Shown: positions 38,651 to 47,248, counted from the first letter of the stretch. The stretch is 64,000 nt of DNA from Dehalococcoidia bacterium (GCA_963663235.2 CAXXNO010000006.1:32001-96000), one strand, 5' to 3'. Numbers and translations are program-made. The notes: generated by a model from the sequence alone, not told the origin.

Positions 38651-39404
38651 GCGAAGGCGGCTGAAGTGGAGCGCGCTCATCAAAGAAGCCAGAGAAGAGT
38701 GGGATTACTTCATCACGGACGAAATGATGCATTGTGAGCAGACCACTGGGGCTGATGACCTCGTTCTCGACCGCGATACCAACGAGGGCCCCGATGCTTA
38801 CTGTGTATTCCTCATCCGCTGGGGCGAGATCGAGCCTAAGTATATCGCCGTCTTTGACGTACCCCGCGAGCCAGACTTCACTCCCGGTGCTGCTCCGAAT
38901 GTGGACACGACCGGCGACATAGTTGAATGTCCGGTGCTTGTCTCGATTGGCGAGTTGATTGATCAGCCAGAGATAGTAGAGCTCAGACCAGTCCGTGCGG
39001 TGGTACGGCTGAAGGCACTCGATCAGATCCCATGCCTCGACTGGGACGCTCTGCAACGCATCCGGCGCTCGCTCGGGGTAACGCTTCTCATTGAGGACGA
39101 TAGGAAACGCGGTCCGAATGCTGATCCGATCTTCGCCGCAGACGAGCAGCGCCAACTGATAGGCCAAGTGGTCGAGGCTAGCCCTGATATTAGTGACAGC
39201 GTCGCCGAACACTGATCCGACGTGGTCGGGCGCGGGGCGCACCTGAAACCGGAGGAGGAAGTAGCCCGGTCTCTGTGGGTCGCGTTCTTGCGAGGCGCCA
39301 TATGGCTCAGTCCCCTTCCAGGCGTCGTACTCCCGTTCGAAGTCACGGATATGTTCCTCAGCCCGCTGGAGTTTGAGGAGTGGGCCGTCCAGTGGATGAG
39401 GCAT
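38601..39404 (-). CDS. Hypothetical protein, putative HEPN-like nuclease
   Basis: LKLQRAEEHI, GDAVTNIRASLDHL, FPI, LQPY, LANRDKHR. Sequence visibly more AT-rich than flanks. Confidence 0.65.
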   Translation of the reverse strand: MPHPLDGPLLKLQRAEEHIRDFEREYDAWKGTEPYGASQERDPQRPGYFLLRFQVRPAPDHVGSVFGDAVTNIRASLDHLAYQLALLVCGEDRISIRTAFPIVLNEKRYPERAPDALQSVPVEAWDLIECLQPYHRTDWSELYYLWLINQLANRDKHRTFNYVAGRVHIRSSTGSEVWLAGYVKDGDILRLDLAPADEEYTVSIGALVGIAVENEVISPSGLLTMHHFVRDEVIPLFSGFFDERAPLQPPSPKRRRGRRKSRGHQRR

Positions 39405-39499
39405 GAGGTATCCTCACTCGTGAGGGACGCCTTGGCTGCGAGGCTTGTGGGGAGAGGGACGATCGGGCAACTCGACCTCCATGCACAGCGACTCCTGCG

Positions 39500-39642
39500 T
39501 TACGATCTGGAGGAACGCACGCCACGCTTGCGCTTCCCGCGCGCCCGGCCGGCGGCCTGGCGGACCTTCTGCACCTTCCACGTCTTGACGCTGTTGGCGC
39601 TCAGCAGGAGCGGCGACCCGGCCCCGTTCGTCGCCGCTAGCA
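39500..39642 (-). pseudogene. 3' gene remnant truncated at site C
   Basis: High-GC coding-like frame LLAATNGAGSPLLLSANSVKTWKVQKVRQAAGRARGKRKRGVRSSRS* with no own start; it begins at the motif. Confidence 0.4.
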
Positions 39643-39660
39643 GGTAGTGCGTCAGTTTGA
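39643..39660 (+). repeat. Putative recombination-site copy C
   Basis: GGTAGTGCGTCAGTTTGA directly abuts the stop codon of ORF 39661-39867. Confidence 0.6.
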
Positions 39661-39867
39661 CTAGAGAGAGTTCATATACGTCTGAAAAGCCGCCCACGAA
39701 ATCGTCTTACCATTTCCACGTTTCGTCCGGCCCTTGCACCATATGAGCTGCGTCTTGGTAACGACCAGATCACCAAGAAACTCGCCTTGGGGATTCCTGA
39801 TCTCCAACTCGATACCACGGTTCTTGAGTTCCATATCGACGTTGAGGCTCTTGATCGTCACCTGCAT
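39661..39867 (-). CDS. Small hypothetical protein (68 aa)
   Basis: MQVTIKSLNVDMELKNRGIELEIRNPQGEFLGDLVVTKTQLIWCKGRT...SWAAF. GGAG RBS upstream; low-GC codon usage. Confidence 0.75.
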   Translation of the reverse strand: MQVTIKSLNVDMELKNRGIELEIRNPQGEFLGDLVVTKTQLIWCKGRTKRGNGKTISWAAFQTYMNSL

Positions 39868-39968
39868 CAGACAACTCCGATCCAGCGGTGGGGCTTGGCA
39901 CGATCCCTCTGTATTCTGACGGGCAGTCTACTCGTCTTCGGAGCGTGTCGTTGCCTGGACTTAGAAAA

Positions 39969-41174
39969 CTACTCCTCGCCGAAGAAGCGCCGCCGTGCCG
40001 TCTCGTCGAGCGTCGCATCCGGGCCACTGACGAGAACATCGAGCCGGCGGGTGCGGTCTTTCGCCTGCAGCGGAAGGGCTCTCGCGCGGCGGGCCGCCGC
40101 TTCCGGGCCGGTCCGCAGAAATAGGTCCGTGAACCAGCCCTCGTACGTGTGAAGGACCCCGTAGTAACGGTCGTGCGCCGCCGCGTAGGCGTGCCCGGCC
40201 GCCTCCCAGTCCGGGCTGCTCAGCAACTGATCCCGCAGGACGCGGACGTCGCGGAGCGCCAGCGACAAGCCCTGGCCGTGCGACGGATCGCTGGCCGCGG
40301 CAGCGTCACCGATCACGGCGACGCCATCTCGGTACGGATGGTCGACCCAGAAAGGGGCGCCTTCAAAGGTCGCGAGAGGACCGAGCACTTCGAGCCCGGC
40401 GTAGAACTCCGCTGGCATCCCCGCCTCGATCGAACGGGCGATAAAGGCCGGCATGTCGCTCGGTCCGCTCAAGCGATGTTCCCACTGGGTGGTGCTGACG
40501 AAGTAGGCGCGGACGCGGCCGTGACCCTGCGGGAAGAGGATCGCGATGTGGCCAGCGTCGGGGTTGACGGCCAAGTGCACGGCGTCGTCGGGCGCAGGAC
40601 AGTTTCCCACCAAGACGCCGGCGATCAGCGTCGCGTCCGGGTCCCGATGCACCACGAATCCGGCCTGCGTCCGCGAGGCGGAACGCCGCCCGTCGGCGAT
40701 GACGACGAGGCGGGCCGCCAGCGCGTCGATACGGCCATCTTGCTCAACATCGAGTGTCGGACGCAGCCCCGGCCGGACGCTCAGCACCCGCGCGCCGCGG
40801 CGGACCTCCGCACCCGCCTCTCGCGCCGCCGCCAGGACGGTTTCCTGCATCGCCGGGTGGAAGAAGCCAAGCCCCGGCGTGTGCTTCGGAGTCGTCGCGA
40901 TGAGGTCGCGATGGCCGGCGCGGTCCCCGCTTCGATAGGTGTCGAACCAACGGTGCTCGTGTCCGCACCTCGCCAGAAGCGGCGCCAGGAGGCCGAGGTC
41001 GCCCGCTTCGGCGGCGCCCCAAGGCATCAGCCCTTCCCCGCGCACCCGATCCTTGAACTCCGTCTCGCGCTCCAGCACCAGCACTCGGACGCCGTTCTCC
41101 GCCATCGTTTTGGCGAGGGCTGCGCCGCCCAGACCGCCGCCGACGGTGATGATGTCGTAGTCCGGCAGTGCCAA
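39969..41174 (-). CDS. FAD-dependent monooxygenase/oxidoreductase
   Basis: VGGGLGG, LERE, IADGRRS, IGDAAAASDPSHGQGLS. Confidence 0.9.
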   Translation of the reverse strand: MALPDYDIITVGGGLGGAALAKTMAENGVRVLVLERETEFKDRVRGEGLMPWGAAEAGDLGLLAPLLARCGHEHRWFDTYRSGDRAGHRDLIATTPKHTPGLGFFHPAMQETVLAAAREAGAEVRRGARVLSVRPGLRPTLDVEQDGRIDALAARLVVIADGRRSASRTQAGFVVHRDPDATLIAGVLVGNCPAPDDAVHLAVNPDAGHIAILFPQGHGRVRAYFVSTTQWEHRLSGPSDMPAFIARSIEAGMPAEFYAGLEVLGPLATFEGAPFWVDHPYRDGVAVIGDAAAASDPSHGQGLSLALRDVRVLRDQLLSSPDWEAAGHAYAAAHDRYYGVLHTYEGWFTDLFLRTGPEAAARRARALPLQAKDRTRRLDVLVSGPDATLDETARRRFFGEE

Positions 41175-41259
41175 CGCGACCCTCCTTGCGCCGGCTCAAC
41201 CGCTCGGCAGCCAAGGGCGCGAGGATCATACTGGGGCTCTGGACCGATAGGATCGCCGC

Positions 41260-42180
41260 ATGCCCGAGCTCCCCGAAGTCGAAACGATCCGCCGCGATCT
41301 AGCGCCGCGAGTCGCCGGTCGCACGATCACCTCGCTCACGGTCATGCCGGGCGCCAAACGGATGCTGGTCGGCGTGCCGACGAGGCGGGTGCGAGCCCGC
41401 CTCGTCGATCGACGGATCGAAGGCATCGAGCGCCGGGGCAAGTACCTGCTCTTCCAGCTGGATTCGGGATCGGTTTGGGTGATGCATCTGCGGATGACCG
41501 GCACGCTGCGCCATCGGTCGACCGGTGGCGAGCCGGATCCCTTCCAGCGGATCGTCGTGACCCTGGATGACGGCTCCGAGTTGCGCTTCACCGACGTCCG
41601 CAAGTTCGGCACCTTCGAGGTACTGGAGAGCGCAGAGGAAGTGACGTGCAAGTTAGGCATCGAGCCGCTCACGCAGGCGTTCACCGAGGAAGCGCTCTGG
41701 TCCGCGCTGCACGGACGAAAGGCGCCGCTGAAATCGACGCTGCTGGATCAGCGCCGGATCGCCGGCCTGGGCAATATCTACGTCGATGAGGCGCTCTTCC
41801 TGGCTCGGCTCCACCCCGCCGTGCCCGCCGGATCGCTCCGACCGGCCGAGCGCAGGGCCCTGCATGCCGCCATCGAGGAAGTGATTCGAGAGGGAATCGC
41901 GCACCGCGGCGCCTCCTTCCGCGACTACACCGACGCCGAAGGGAAGGACGGCAGGCAGCAGTTCTTCGTTCGTGTCTTCCGTCGCACGGACGAACCGTGT
42001 GACGTCTGCGGCACGCCGATCCGACGCACGGTCATCGGAGGGCGCGCGTCGCACTGGTGCCCGCGCTGTCAACCGGCGCGCCAGACATCGCGCCGCGTCC
42101 CGCGCAAGCGGGCGAGAAGGAGCGCGTCCATCGACGGGACCGATGGCGTAGATTGCAGGCGTAAGGAGCGTCGCCGATGA
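41260..42180 (+). CDS. mutM: Formamidopyrimidine-DNA glycosylase
   Basis: MPELPEVET, RRGKYL, HLRMTG, GLGNIYVDEALF, C4 Zn finger. Confidence 0.97.
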   Translation: MPELPEVETIRRDLAPRVAGRTITSLTVMPGAKRMLVGVPTRRVRARLVDRRIEGIERRGKYLLFQLDSGSVWVMHLRMTGTLRHRSTGGEPDPFQRIVVTLDDGSELRFTDVRKFGTFEVLESAEEVTCKLGIEPLTQAFTEEALWSALHGRKAPLKSTLLDQRRIAGLGNIYVDEALFLARLHPAVPAGSLRPAERRALHAAIEEVIREGIAHRGASFRDYTDAEGKDGRQQFFVRVFRRTDEPCDVCGTPIRRTVIGGRASHWCPRCQPARQTSRRVPRKRARRSASIDGTDGVDCRRKERRR

Positions 42181-42956
42181 CCTCGGATGCCGCCAAGGCT
42201 CGCTCGGTCGCGGACGGTGGGGCCGACGATCGCCATCCCCAGGCGGCCTTTGCGAATTACTTGACGACGCTGGAGCCTGCGTTCCTGGAGAATTATTCGC
42301 GCTTCGGCGCTCGATCGCAGCGCGTGGTGGCGGAGGCGCTGCTGCGCGAGTTGGTCCTGGCCCCGCCCGACGACCGGAAGATTCTGGGCATGCGCATCGT
42401 CGAGGAGTACCTGGACGCCGTCGGCGGGATCATGGCGCTCCACGCGGCGTTCCTCCGGCGTGACCGGGCACCGCTCCTGGCGACGTTCCTGGCCCACCGG
42501 CTCAACGTCGGTTCCATTGCCGCCTTCAGCGCGCAGGTGGCCGAGCGTCTCCCTGAGCACATCCTGCGCGACCTGGGACTCCCTACCGGCGACGACGTGG
42601 AAGCGTTGCGTCCCGAGGTCTCGAAAACGGAATACCGGCAGTTGCGGGCAGCCGTTGAATCCGTTCCGCAAGGGTTGACCCGCGCCGCCCGTGCCGAACA
42701 GAGCGTGTTGCTGCAATTGGCGGAAGGGTTGCGCAAGTCGAGCACCCTCACGAATACGCTCGACTGGCTGCCGGACCGATCGATGGCCCCCGACCAAGTC
42801 GCGTTAATGGTCCTGGAGGAGAAGCGCTACCGACTGGCGACCCATTCCCTGACGATCAACGAACAACAGTTGGAGCAATTCGTCCTGGCGATCGGCACTA
42901 TCAGCCAAGCCGAGCGTGACATGTGCTGGCTCTCCCTTCGCGCCCACGACTCCTGA
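42177..42956 (+). CDS. Hypothetical protein
   Basis: 259-aa ORF coupled to mutM (ATGA overlap), with AAGGAG RBS. Confidence 0.7.
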   Translation: MTSDAAKARSVADGGADDRHPQAAFANYLTTLEPAFLENYSRFGARSQRVVAEALLRELVLAPPDDRKILGMRIVEEYLDAVGGIMALHAAFLRRDRAPLLATFLAHRLNVGSIAAFSAQVAERLPEHILRDLGLPTGDDVEALRPEVSKTEYRQLRAAVESVPQGLTRAARAEQSVLLQLAEGLRKSSTLTNTLDWLPDRSMAPDQVALMVLEEKRYRLATHSLTINEQQLEQFVLAIGTISQAERDMCWLSLRAHDS

Positions 42957-43020
42957 CCCTTGTCTGACCCGACCGTTGCCTCCACACTGCGCGCCATGCG
43001 GAAGTGGGCCGGAGGCGCCC

Positions 43021-43278
43021 AAAGCGCCGATCCGGGTGAACTGCGTGGCGCCCGGCTGGGTTGCGAGCGAGCTCACCAGCGAGCCCCCGCGCTGGTACGT
43101 TGAGCGCTCCGAGCAGCACGCCGCCATGCGACGCTTTGCGCAGCCGGAGGAGGTGGCAGGAGCCGTGGTCTCTCTTCTCTCAGACGCGGCCGGTTACGCG
43201 ACGGGCTCGGTCATCGACGTGAGGGGCGGGTACGGGATGTGGTCGCTGAATGCATCGCCGCCGGAACAGGGCGGTTGA
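43021..43278 (+). pseudogene. C-terminal remnant of a short-chain dehydrogenase (SDR)
   Basis: IRVNCVAPGWV...RRFAQPEEVAGAVVSLLSDAAGYATGSVIDVRGG. The Rossmann N-terminus and YxxxK motif are missing. Confidence 0.75.
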
Positions 43279-43281
43279 CGC

Positions 43282-44283
43282 GTGCCGGACGCGATCACCG
43301 CCGTCCCGGGGATCAAGGTGGGGCACTGGAGCGACCGGGGCGGCGCGACCGGCTGCACCGTTGTGCTCTGCGAAGATGGGGCCGTGGCCGGCTACTCCTC
43401 GCGGGGCGGTGCACCCGGCACCATCGAGACGGACCTGCTCCGGCCCGAGAACGCGATCGCCAAGGTGCATGCCGTCCTCCTCACAGGTGGGAGCGCCTTC
43501 GGCCTGGCCGCAGCGGCGGGCGTGCGCGAGGCGCTGGCTGAGCGCGGGGCCGGGCTGCGCCTAGCTTTGGACTTGCCGCCCATCCCCATCGTCACCGGAG
43601 CCGTACTGTTCGACCTCCGCATCGGTTCATCGACGGCGCGTCCGACGGCAGAATCCGGCCGGCTGGCGGCGGAGCGGGCGAAGAGCGGCGCGGTGGCGCA
43701 GGGCAGCGTGGGTGCGGGGACGGGGTGCACCGTCGCGAAATTGGCGGGGGCGGAGTTCGCGCTCAAGGGCGGGATCGGGACCGCCGCACTGGCCCATCGC
43801 TCTGGCTTGGTCGTCGGGGCTCTGACGGCCGTCAACTGCATCGGTGACGTGCACGACCCCGATAGCGGCGCACTCATCGCCGGGCCGCGCGGTCAGCGTC
43901 GAGGAGAGTTGCGCTCGGGCGCAGACGTACTGGCGGCGCAGGCGTTCCCGCCGCAGGCAGCCGAGGCCGTCACGAATACCACGATCGCCGTCGTCGCGAC
44001 GAACGCCCGCCTCGATAAGGCTCAAGCCACGCGACTGGCGCTGATGGCGGAGGACGGCTTCGCGCGGGCGATCCGTCCCGCGCACACGCCCCTCGACGGC
44101 GATTGCGTCTTCGCGCTCGCGACGGGCACGCTTGGGGTCAACTTGAACCTGGAACGTCTGACGCTGCTCGGCAGCATGGCGGCTACGGCGCTGGCGGACG
44201 CGGTCGTGCGTGGGGTGACGGAATCCACGCGGCTGGCCGGCGTACCGGCCATCCGGAACTGGCGAGCCCCGGCCGGCCACTAG
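43282..44283 (+). CDS. P1/DmpA-family peptidase (S58)
   Basis: ITAVPGIKVGH, TGCTV, RGGAPGT, GGSAFGL, GSVGAGTG, NTTI, HTPLDGD. Confidence 0.92.
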   Translation: MPDAITAVPGIKVGHWSDRGGATGCTVVLCEDGAVAGYSSRGGAPGTIETDLLRPENAIAKVHAVLLTGGSAFGLAAAAGVREALAERGAGLRLALDLPPIPIVTGAVLFDLRIGSSTARPTAESGRLAAERAKSGAVAQGSVGAGTGCTVAKLAGAEFALKGGIGTAALAHRSGLVVGALTAVNCIGDVHDPDSGALIAGPRGQRRGELRSGADVLAAQAFPPQAAEAVTNTTIAVVATNARLDKAQATRLALMAEDGFARAIRPAHTPLDGDCVFALATGTLGVNLNLERLTLLGSMAATALADAVVRGVTESTRLAGVPAIRNWRAPAGH

Positions 44284-44286
44284 GCG

Positions 44287-44334
44287 GTCGCTCATCGTGG
44301 CGCTCATAGCGGCGCGCACAGCGGCGCTCATAAC
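44287..44334. repeat. Four tandem 12-bp repeats directly upstream of the panB promoter
   Basis: GTCGCTCATCGT-GGCGCTCATAGC-GGCGCGCACAGC-GGCGCTCATAAC. Confidence 0.75.
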
Positions 44335-44340
44335 GGGTCG

Positions 44341-44370
44341 TTGACAGCCGATCGTCGGGCTGGTTACATT
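44341..44370 (+). promoter_or_regulatory. Sigma70 promoter of panBC
   Basis: TTGACA-18 nt-TACATT. Confidence 0.7.
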
Positions 44371-44375
44371 GCCCG

Positions 44376-44498
44376 CGCAGCCGACCGCGAGCACGGCGGT
44401 GAGCAATGCGCGCTATCTCTCGAGGCCGCCGTGATGGCGACCAGTGGCTCCAGGCGTCGCCAGCTCACGCCCGCTCGTATCGCTCGCGGGCGTTTTTT
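44376..44498 (+). ncRNA. Structured panB leader (attenuator/riboswitch candidate)
   Basis: P1 44392-44400/44425-44433; P2 44435-44441/44456-44462; terminator 44467-44474/44486-44493 plus T-tract; competing antiterminator 44395-44404/44463-44471. Confidence 0.65.
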
Positions 44499-44591
44499 GT
44501 GCGCGCCGCCGCGCTGTGAGCAGGCGGCCGGGAGCGTGTCCGAGCCGGGGCGGCGAGTTGCCCCTCGGAGGCGGATGGAAGGAGAGCCCGC

Positions 44592-45470
44592 ATGTCCCGA
44601 CGTTCCATCCACTCCCTCAAAGCGATGAAGCGCCGCGGCGAGCGCTTTGCGATGGTCACCTGCTACGACTATCCCACCGCCCGCCTTGCCGAAGAGGCGG
44701 GGATTCCCGCGCTGTTAGTGGGCGACTCGCTGGGTACGACCGTGCTGGGCTACGAGACGACCGTTCCCGTGACGCTGGACGAGATCCTGCACCACACGAG
44801 ACCCGTGGTGCGCGCGACCAGCCGGGCAGTCGTGGTGGCGGATCTCCCGTTCGGCACGTACCAGACCGGCCCCGAGGACGCCATCCGCAGCGCCACGCGC
44901 CTGCTGCAGGAGGGCGGGGCGACGGCGGTGAAGCTGGAGGGCGGCAGCCACATTGCGCCCACGGTTGAGCGACTGGTCAAAGTGGGCATCCCGGTGATGG
45001 GCCATATCGGCTTGACGCCGCAATCGGTCAACCAGCTCGGTGGCCACAAGGTGCAGGGCAAGACCGCCGCGCAGGCCGTCAAGCTTCTGAACGACGCCCT
45101 GGCGCTGGAGGCGGCCGGATGTTTCGCGGTTGTTCTGGAGGCGATCCCGGCGCCGGTCGCGGAGATCATCAGCAAGCGGCTGGAGATGCCGACCATCGGC
45201 ATCGGGGCGGGCCCGCATTGCGACGGCGAGATCCAGGTCCTGCACGACATCCTTGGCTTGCTGGAGGACTTCCGCCCGCGGCACGCGAAGCGCTATGCCG
45301 AATTGGGCTTGCGAATTCGTGAAGCGCTCACAGCCTATCGTGACGAGGTCGCCGCCGGCGTGTTTCCCACCATGAGCCACGCCAGTGCCGTCGATGACGA
45401 GGCCATGGCCGAGATCGCGAGCCTCGCACGGACGAAGGAGCCGACCACTCCGACCGCCTTCGACTGGTAA
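44592..45470 (+). CDS. panB: 3-methyl-2-oxobutanoate hydroxymethyltransferase
   Basis: TCYDY, LVGDSLG, VADLPF, VKLEGG, GHIGLTPQ, TIGIGAG. Confidence 0.97.
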   Translation: MSRRSIHSLKAMKRRGERFAMVTCYDYPTARLAEEAGIPALLVGDSLGTTVLGYETTVPVTLDEILHHTRPVVRATSRAVVVADLPFGTYQTGPEDAIRSATRLLQEGGATAVKLEGGSHIAPTVERLVKVGIPVMGHIGLTPQSVNQLGGHKVQGKTAAQAVKLLNDALALEAAGCFAVVLEAIPAPVAEIISKRLEMPTIGIGAGPHCDGEIQVLHDILGLLEDFRPRHAKRYAELGLRIREALTAYRDEVAAGVFPTMSHASAVDDEAMAEIASLARTKEPTTPTAFDW

Positions 45471-45483
45471 CGGTGACGCGAGC

Positions 45484-46347
45484 ATGGAAACGTTGGGTAC
45501 CGTTGCGGCCGTCCGCGCGTGGCACAGAGCGGTACAGGGCGACGTAGGATTTGTCCCCACGATGGGGGCGCTGCACGATGGGCACCTGGCCCTGGTGCAT
45601 CGCGCGCGGCGCGAAAACGACCAGGTGATCGCCTCCATCTTCGTCAATCCGTTGCAATTCGGCCCCAGCGAAGACGTCGATCGCTATCCGCGCGCTATCG
45701 AAGACGACAGCCGTCTGTTACGCGAGAACGGCGTGGACGCACTGTTCCTTCCCCAGGTCCAGGAGATATACCCCGATGGGTTCCGCACCTCGGTGGAGGT
45801 CACCGGGCCGCTCACGGCCGTCCTGGAAGGCGCGGCCCGGGCGGGACATTTCGCCGGCGTGACGACCGTCGTCAGCAAACTGCTCTTCATCACACAGCCG
45901 ACGCGTGCATATTTTGGGATGAAAGACGCCCAGCAGCTCCTCGTCATCGCGAAGTTCGTCCATGACTTGGACATCGCTGTCGAGATCGTTCCCGTTCCAA
46001 CGGTCCGGGAACGAGACGGCCTGGCGATGAGCAGCCGCAATCGCTACCTGTCGGCTGAAGAGCGCAAGGCGGCGGCTGCCATCTCCCGCGCGCTCGAGGC
46101 GGGGCGGGCGCTCTTTGACCAAGGAGAGCGCGACGCGGCCGCGTTGCAGAGCGCAGTACACGAAGTGCTGAACGCCGAACCGTTGCTGCAGACGGAGTAC
46201 GTGTCCTGCGCCCACCTGCCGACGCTGCGCGAACTCGATCAGATCGACGAGCGGGCGCTGCTATCGCTGGCGGTGCAGTGCGGAGCGGCTCGCCTGATCG
46301 ATAATCGCTGGCTCGGGGTCCGCGGAGATGCCGTTCCTCTGCATTAG
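45484..46347 (+). CDS. panC: Pantoate--beta-alanine ligase
   Basis: FVPTMGALHDGH, SIFVNPLQF, HFAGV, KDAQQ, GLAMSSRN, RLIDN. Confidence 0.97.
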   Translation: METLGTVAAVRAWHRAVQGDVGFVPTMGALHDGHLALVHRARRENDQVIASIFVNPLQFGPSEDVDRYPRAIEDDSRLLRENGVDALFLPQVQEIYPDGFRTSVEVTGPLTAVLEGAARAGHFAGVTTVVSKLLFITQPTRAYFGMKDAQQLLVIAKFVHDLDIAVEIVPVPTVRERDGLAMSSRNRYLSAEERKAAAAISRALEAGRALFDQGERDAAALQSAVHEVLNAEPLLQTEYVSCAHLPTLRELDQIDERALLSLAVQCGAARLIDNRWLGVRGDAVPLH

Positions 46348-46392
46348 GACGGCGGTCTTGGCACGCCCGGCCGCTTGGCCGATGATGAGAAT

Positions 46393-47154
46393 GTGACCGA
46401 TCGGCCCCTGATTCTCGTCAGTAACGATGACGGCATCGACGCCGATGGCCTGTGGGCGCTGGCCGAGGCCATGCAGAGCGTGGGCGAGGTATGCGTGGTG
46501 GCGCCGGCCTTCGAGCAGTCGGGAATGGGCACGGCCTTCACGCTTCACCGCGAGCTCCAGTCGCAGGAGGCACGGAGCCGCCTGCCCGGCGTAGAGGCCT
46601 GGCAAGTGGACGGAACGCCGACGGACGCGGTGATCATCGGCCTGCGCCGGCACGTTCCCCGTCGCGTCAGTCTGGTGGTGTCGGGCGTCAATCCGGGCCC
46701 CAACCTGGGCGCGGACGTGATCCACTCGGGAACGGTCGGCGCGGCCATGCAGGGGCACCACCGCGACTTACCGGCCGTGGCCGTATCGTCACTGGGCCGA
46801 TCCCCGGCGCGGCTCCGGGCGGCCGCGTCGGTTGGCGCAGGGATAGCGGCTTCACTGCTGGCGTCGGGCGAGCGGCTGTTTCTGAACGTCAACGTGCCCG
46901 ACCGTCCCTCCCCGGAGCTCGGCCAGGCCGTGGTGACGGAACTGGCGCCACGCGGCGTCGCACGCCTAATCGAAGCGGAAACAGCGGAAGGGTTGATCCG
47001 GCCTCGACGGGAGTACCAGATGGAGGGAGTCGAAGCGGCCAGTGGGTCGGACGTGTGGGCCATCCTGCAAGGGAAGATCTCGGTCAGCCCGCTGGAGACC
47101 GATCTCAGGGCGCGTCCGGAGACCGCCGAGAAGGCACGAACGATCCTGAGCTAG
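46393..47154 (+). CDS. surE: 5'/3'-nucleotidase SurE
   Basis: ILVSNDDG, VVAP..EQSG, DGTPTD, SGVNPGPNLG, SGTVGAA. Confidence 0.94.
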   Translation: MTDRPLILVSNDDGIDADGLWALAEAMQSVGEVCVVAPAFEQSGMGTAFTLHRELQSQEARSRLPGVEAWQVDGTPTDAVIIGLRRHVPRRVSLVVSGVNPGPNLGADVIHSGTVGAAMQGHHRDLPAVAVSSLGRSPARLRAAASVGAGIAASLLASGERLFLNVNVPDRPSPELGQAVVTELAPRGVARLIEAETAEGLIRPRREYQMEGVEAASGSDVWAILQGKISVSPLETDLRARPETAEKARTILS

Positions 47155-47206
47155 CCGGATCGGCTCGGCGCCGCCCGGGCAGTCCAATGGCAGCGTGATA
47201 CCATTC

Positions 47207-47220
47207 CGAACGTCCGTGCG
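47207..47220 (+). promoter_or_regulatory. LexA (SOS) box, one mismatch, upstream of yebC-ruvC-ruvA
   Basis: CGAAC-GTCC-GTGCG, just downstream of the extended -10 TGATACCAT (47196-47204). Confidence 0.55.
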
Positions 47221-47248
47221 ACTGCGGACGGCACCCGAGGAGTAGCGG

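Noticed and set aside
39477-39506. ~30-nt similarity to the tatB start region (61199-61231; CTCCATG..CAGCGACTCCT..GT.ACGAT)
   Set aside because: Largely explained by a shared AGGAG SD plus ATG GAG. The 39.5-kb copy opens only a 22-codon ORF, so chance is plausible.
37300-39960. Classical integron, IS or prophage as the explanation for the island
   Set aside because: No intI, transposase or phage genes, and no RYYYAAC...GTTRRRY attC palindromes were seen.
44406-44519. Leader peptide in the panB leader (MRAISRGRR...)
   Set aside because: It reads through the terminator and has no regulatory codon run, unlike ribosome-mediated attenuators.
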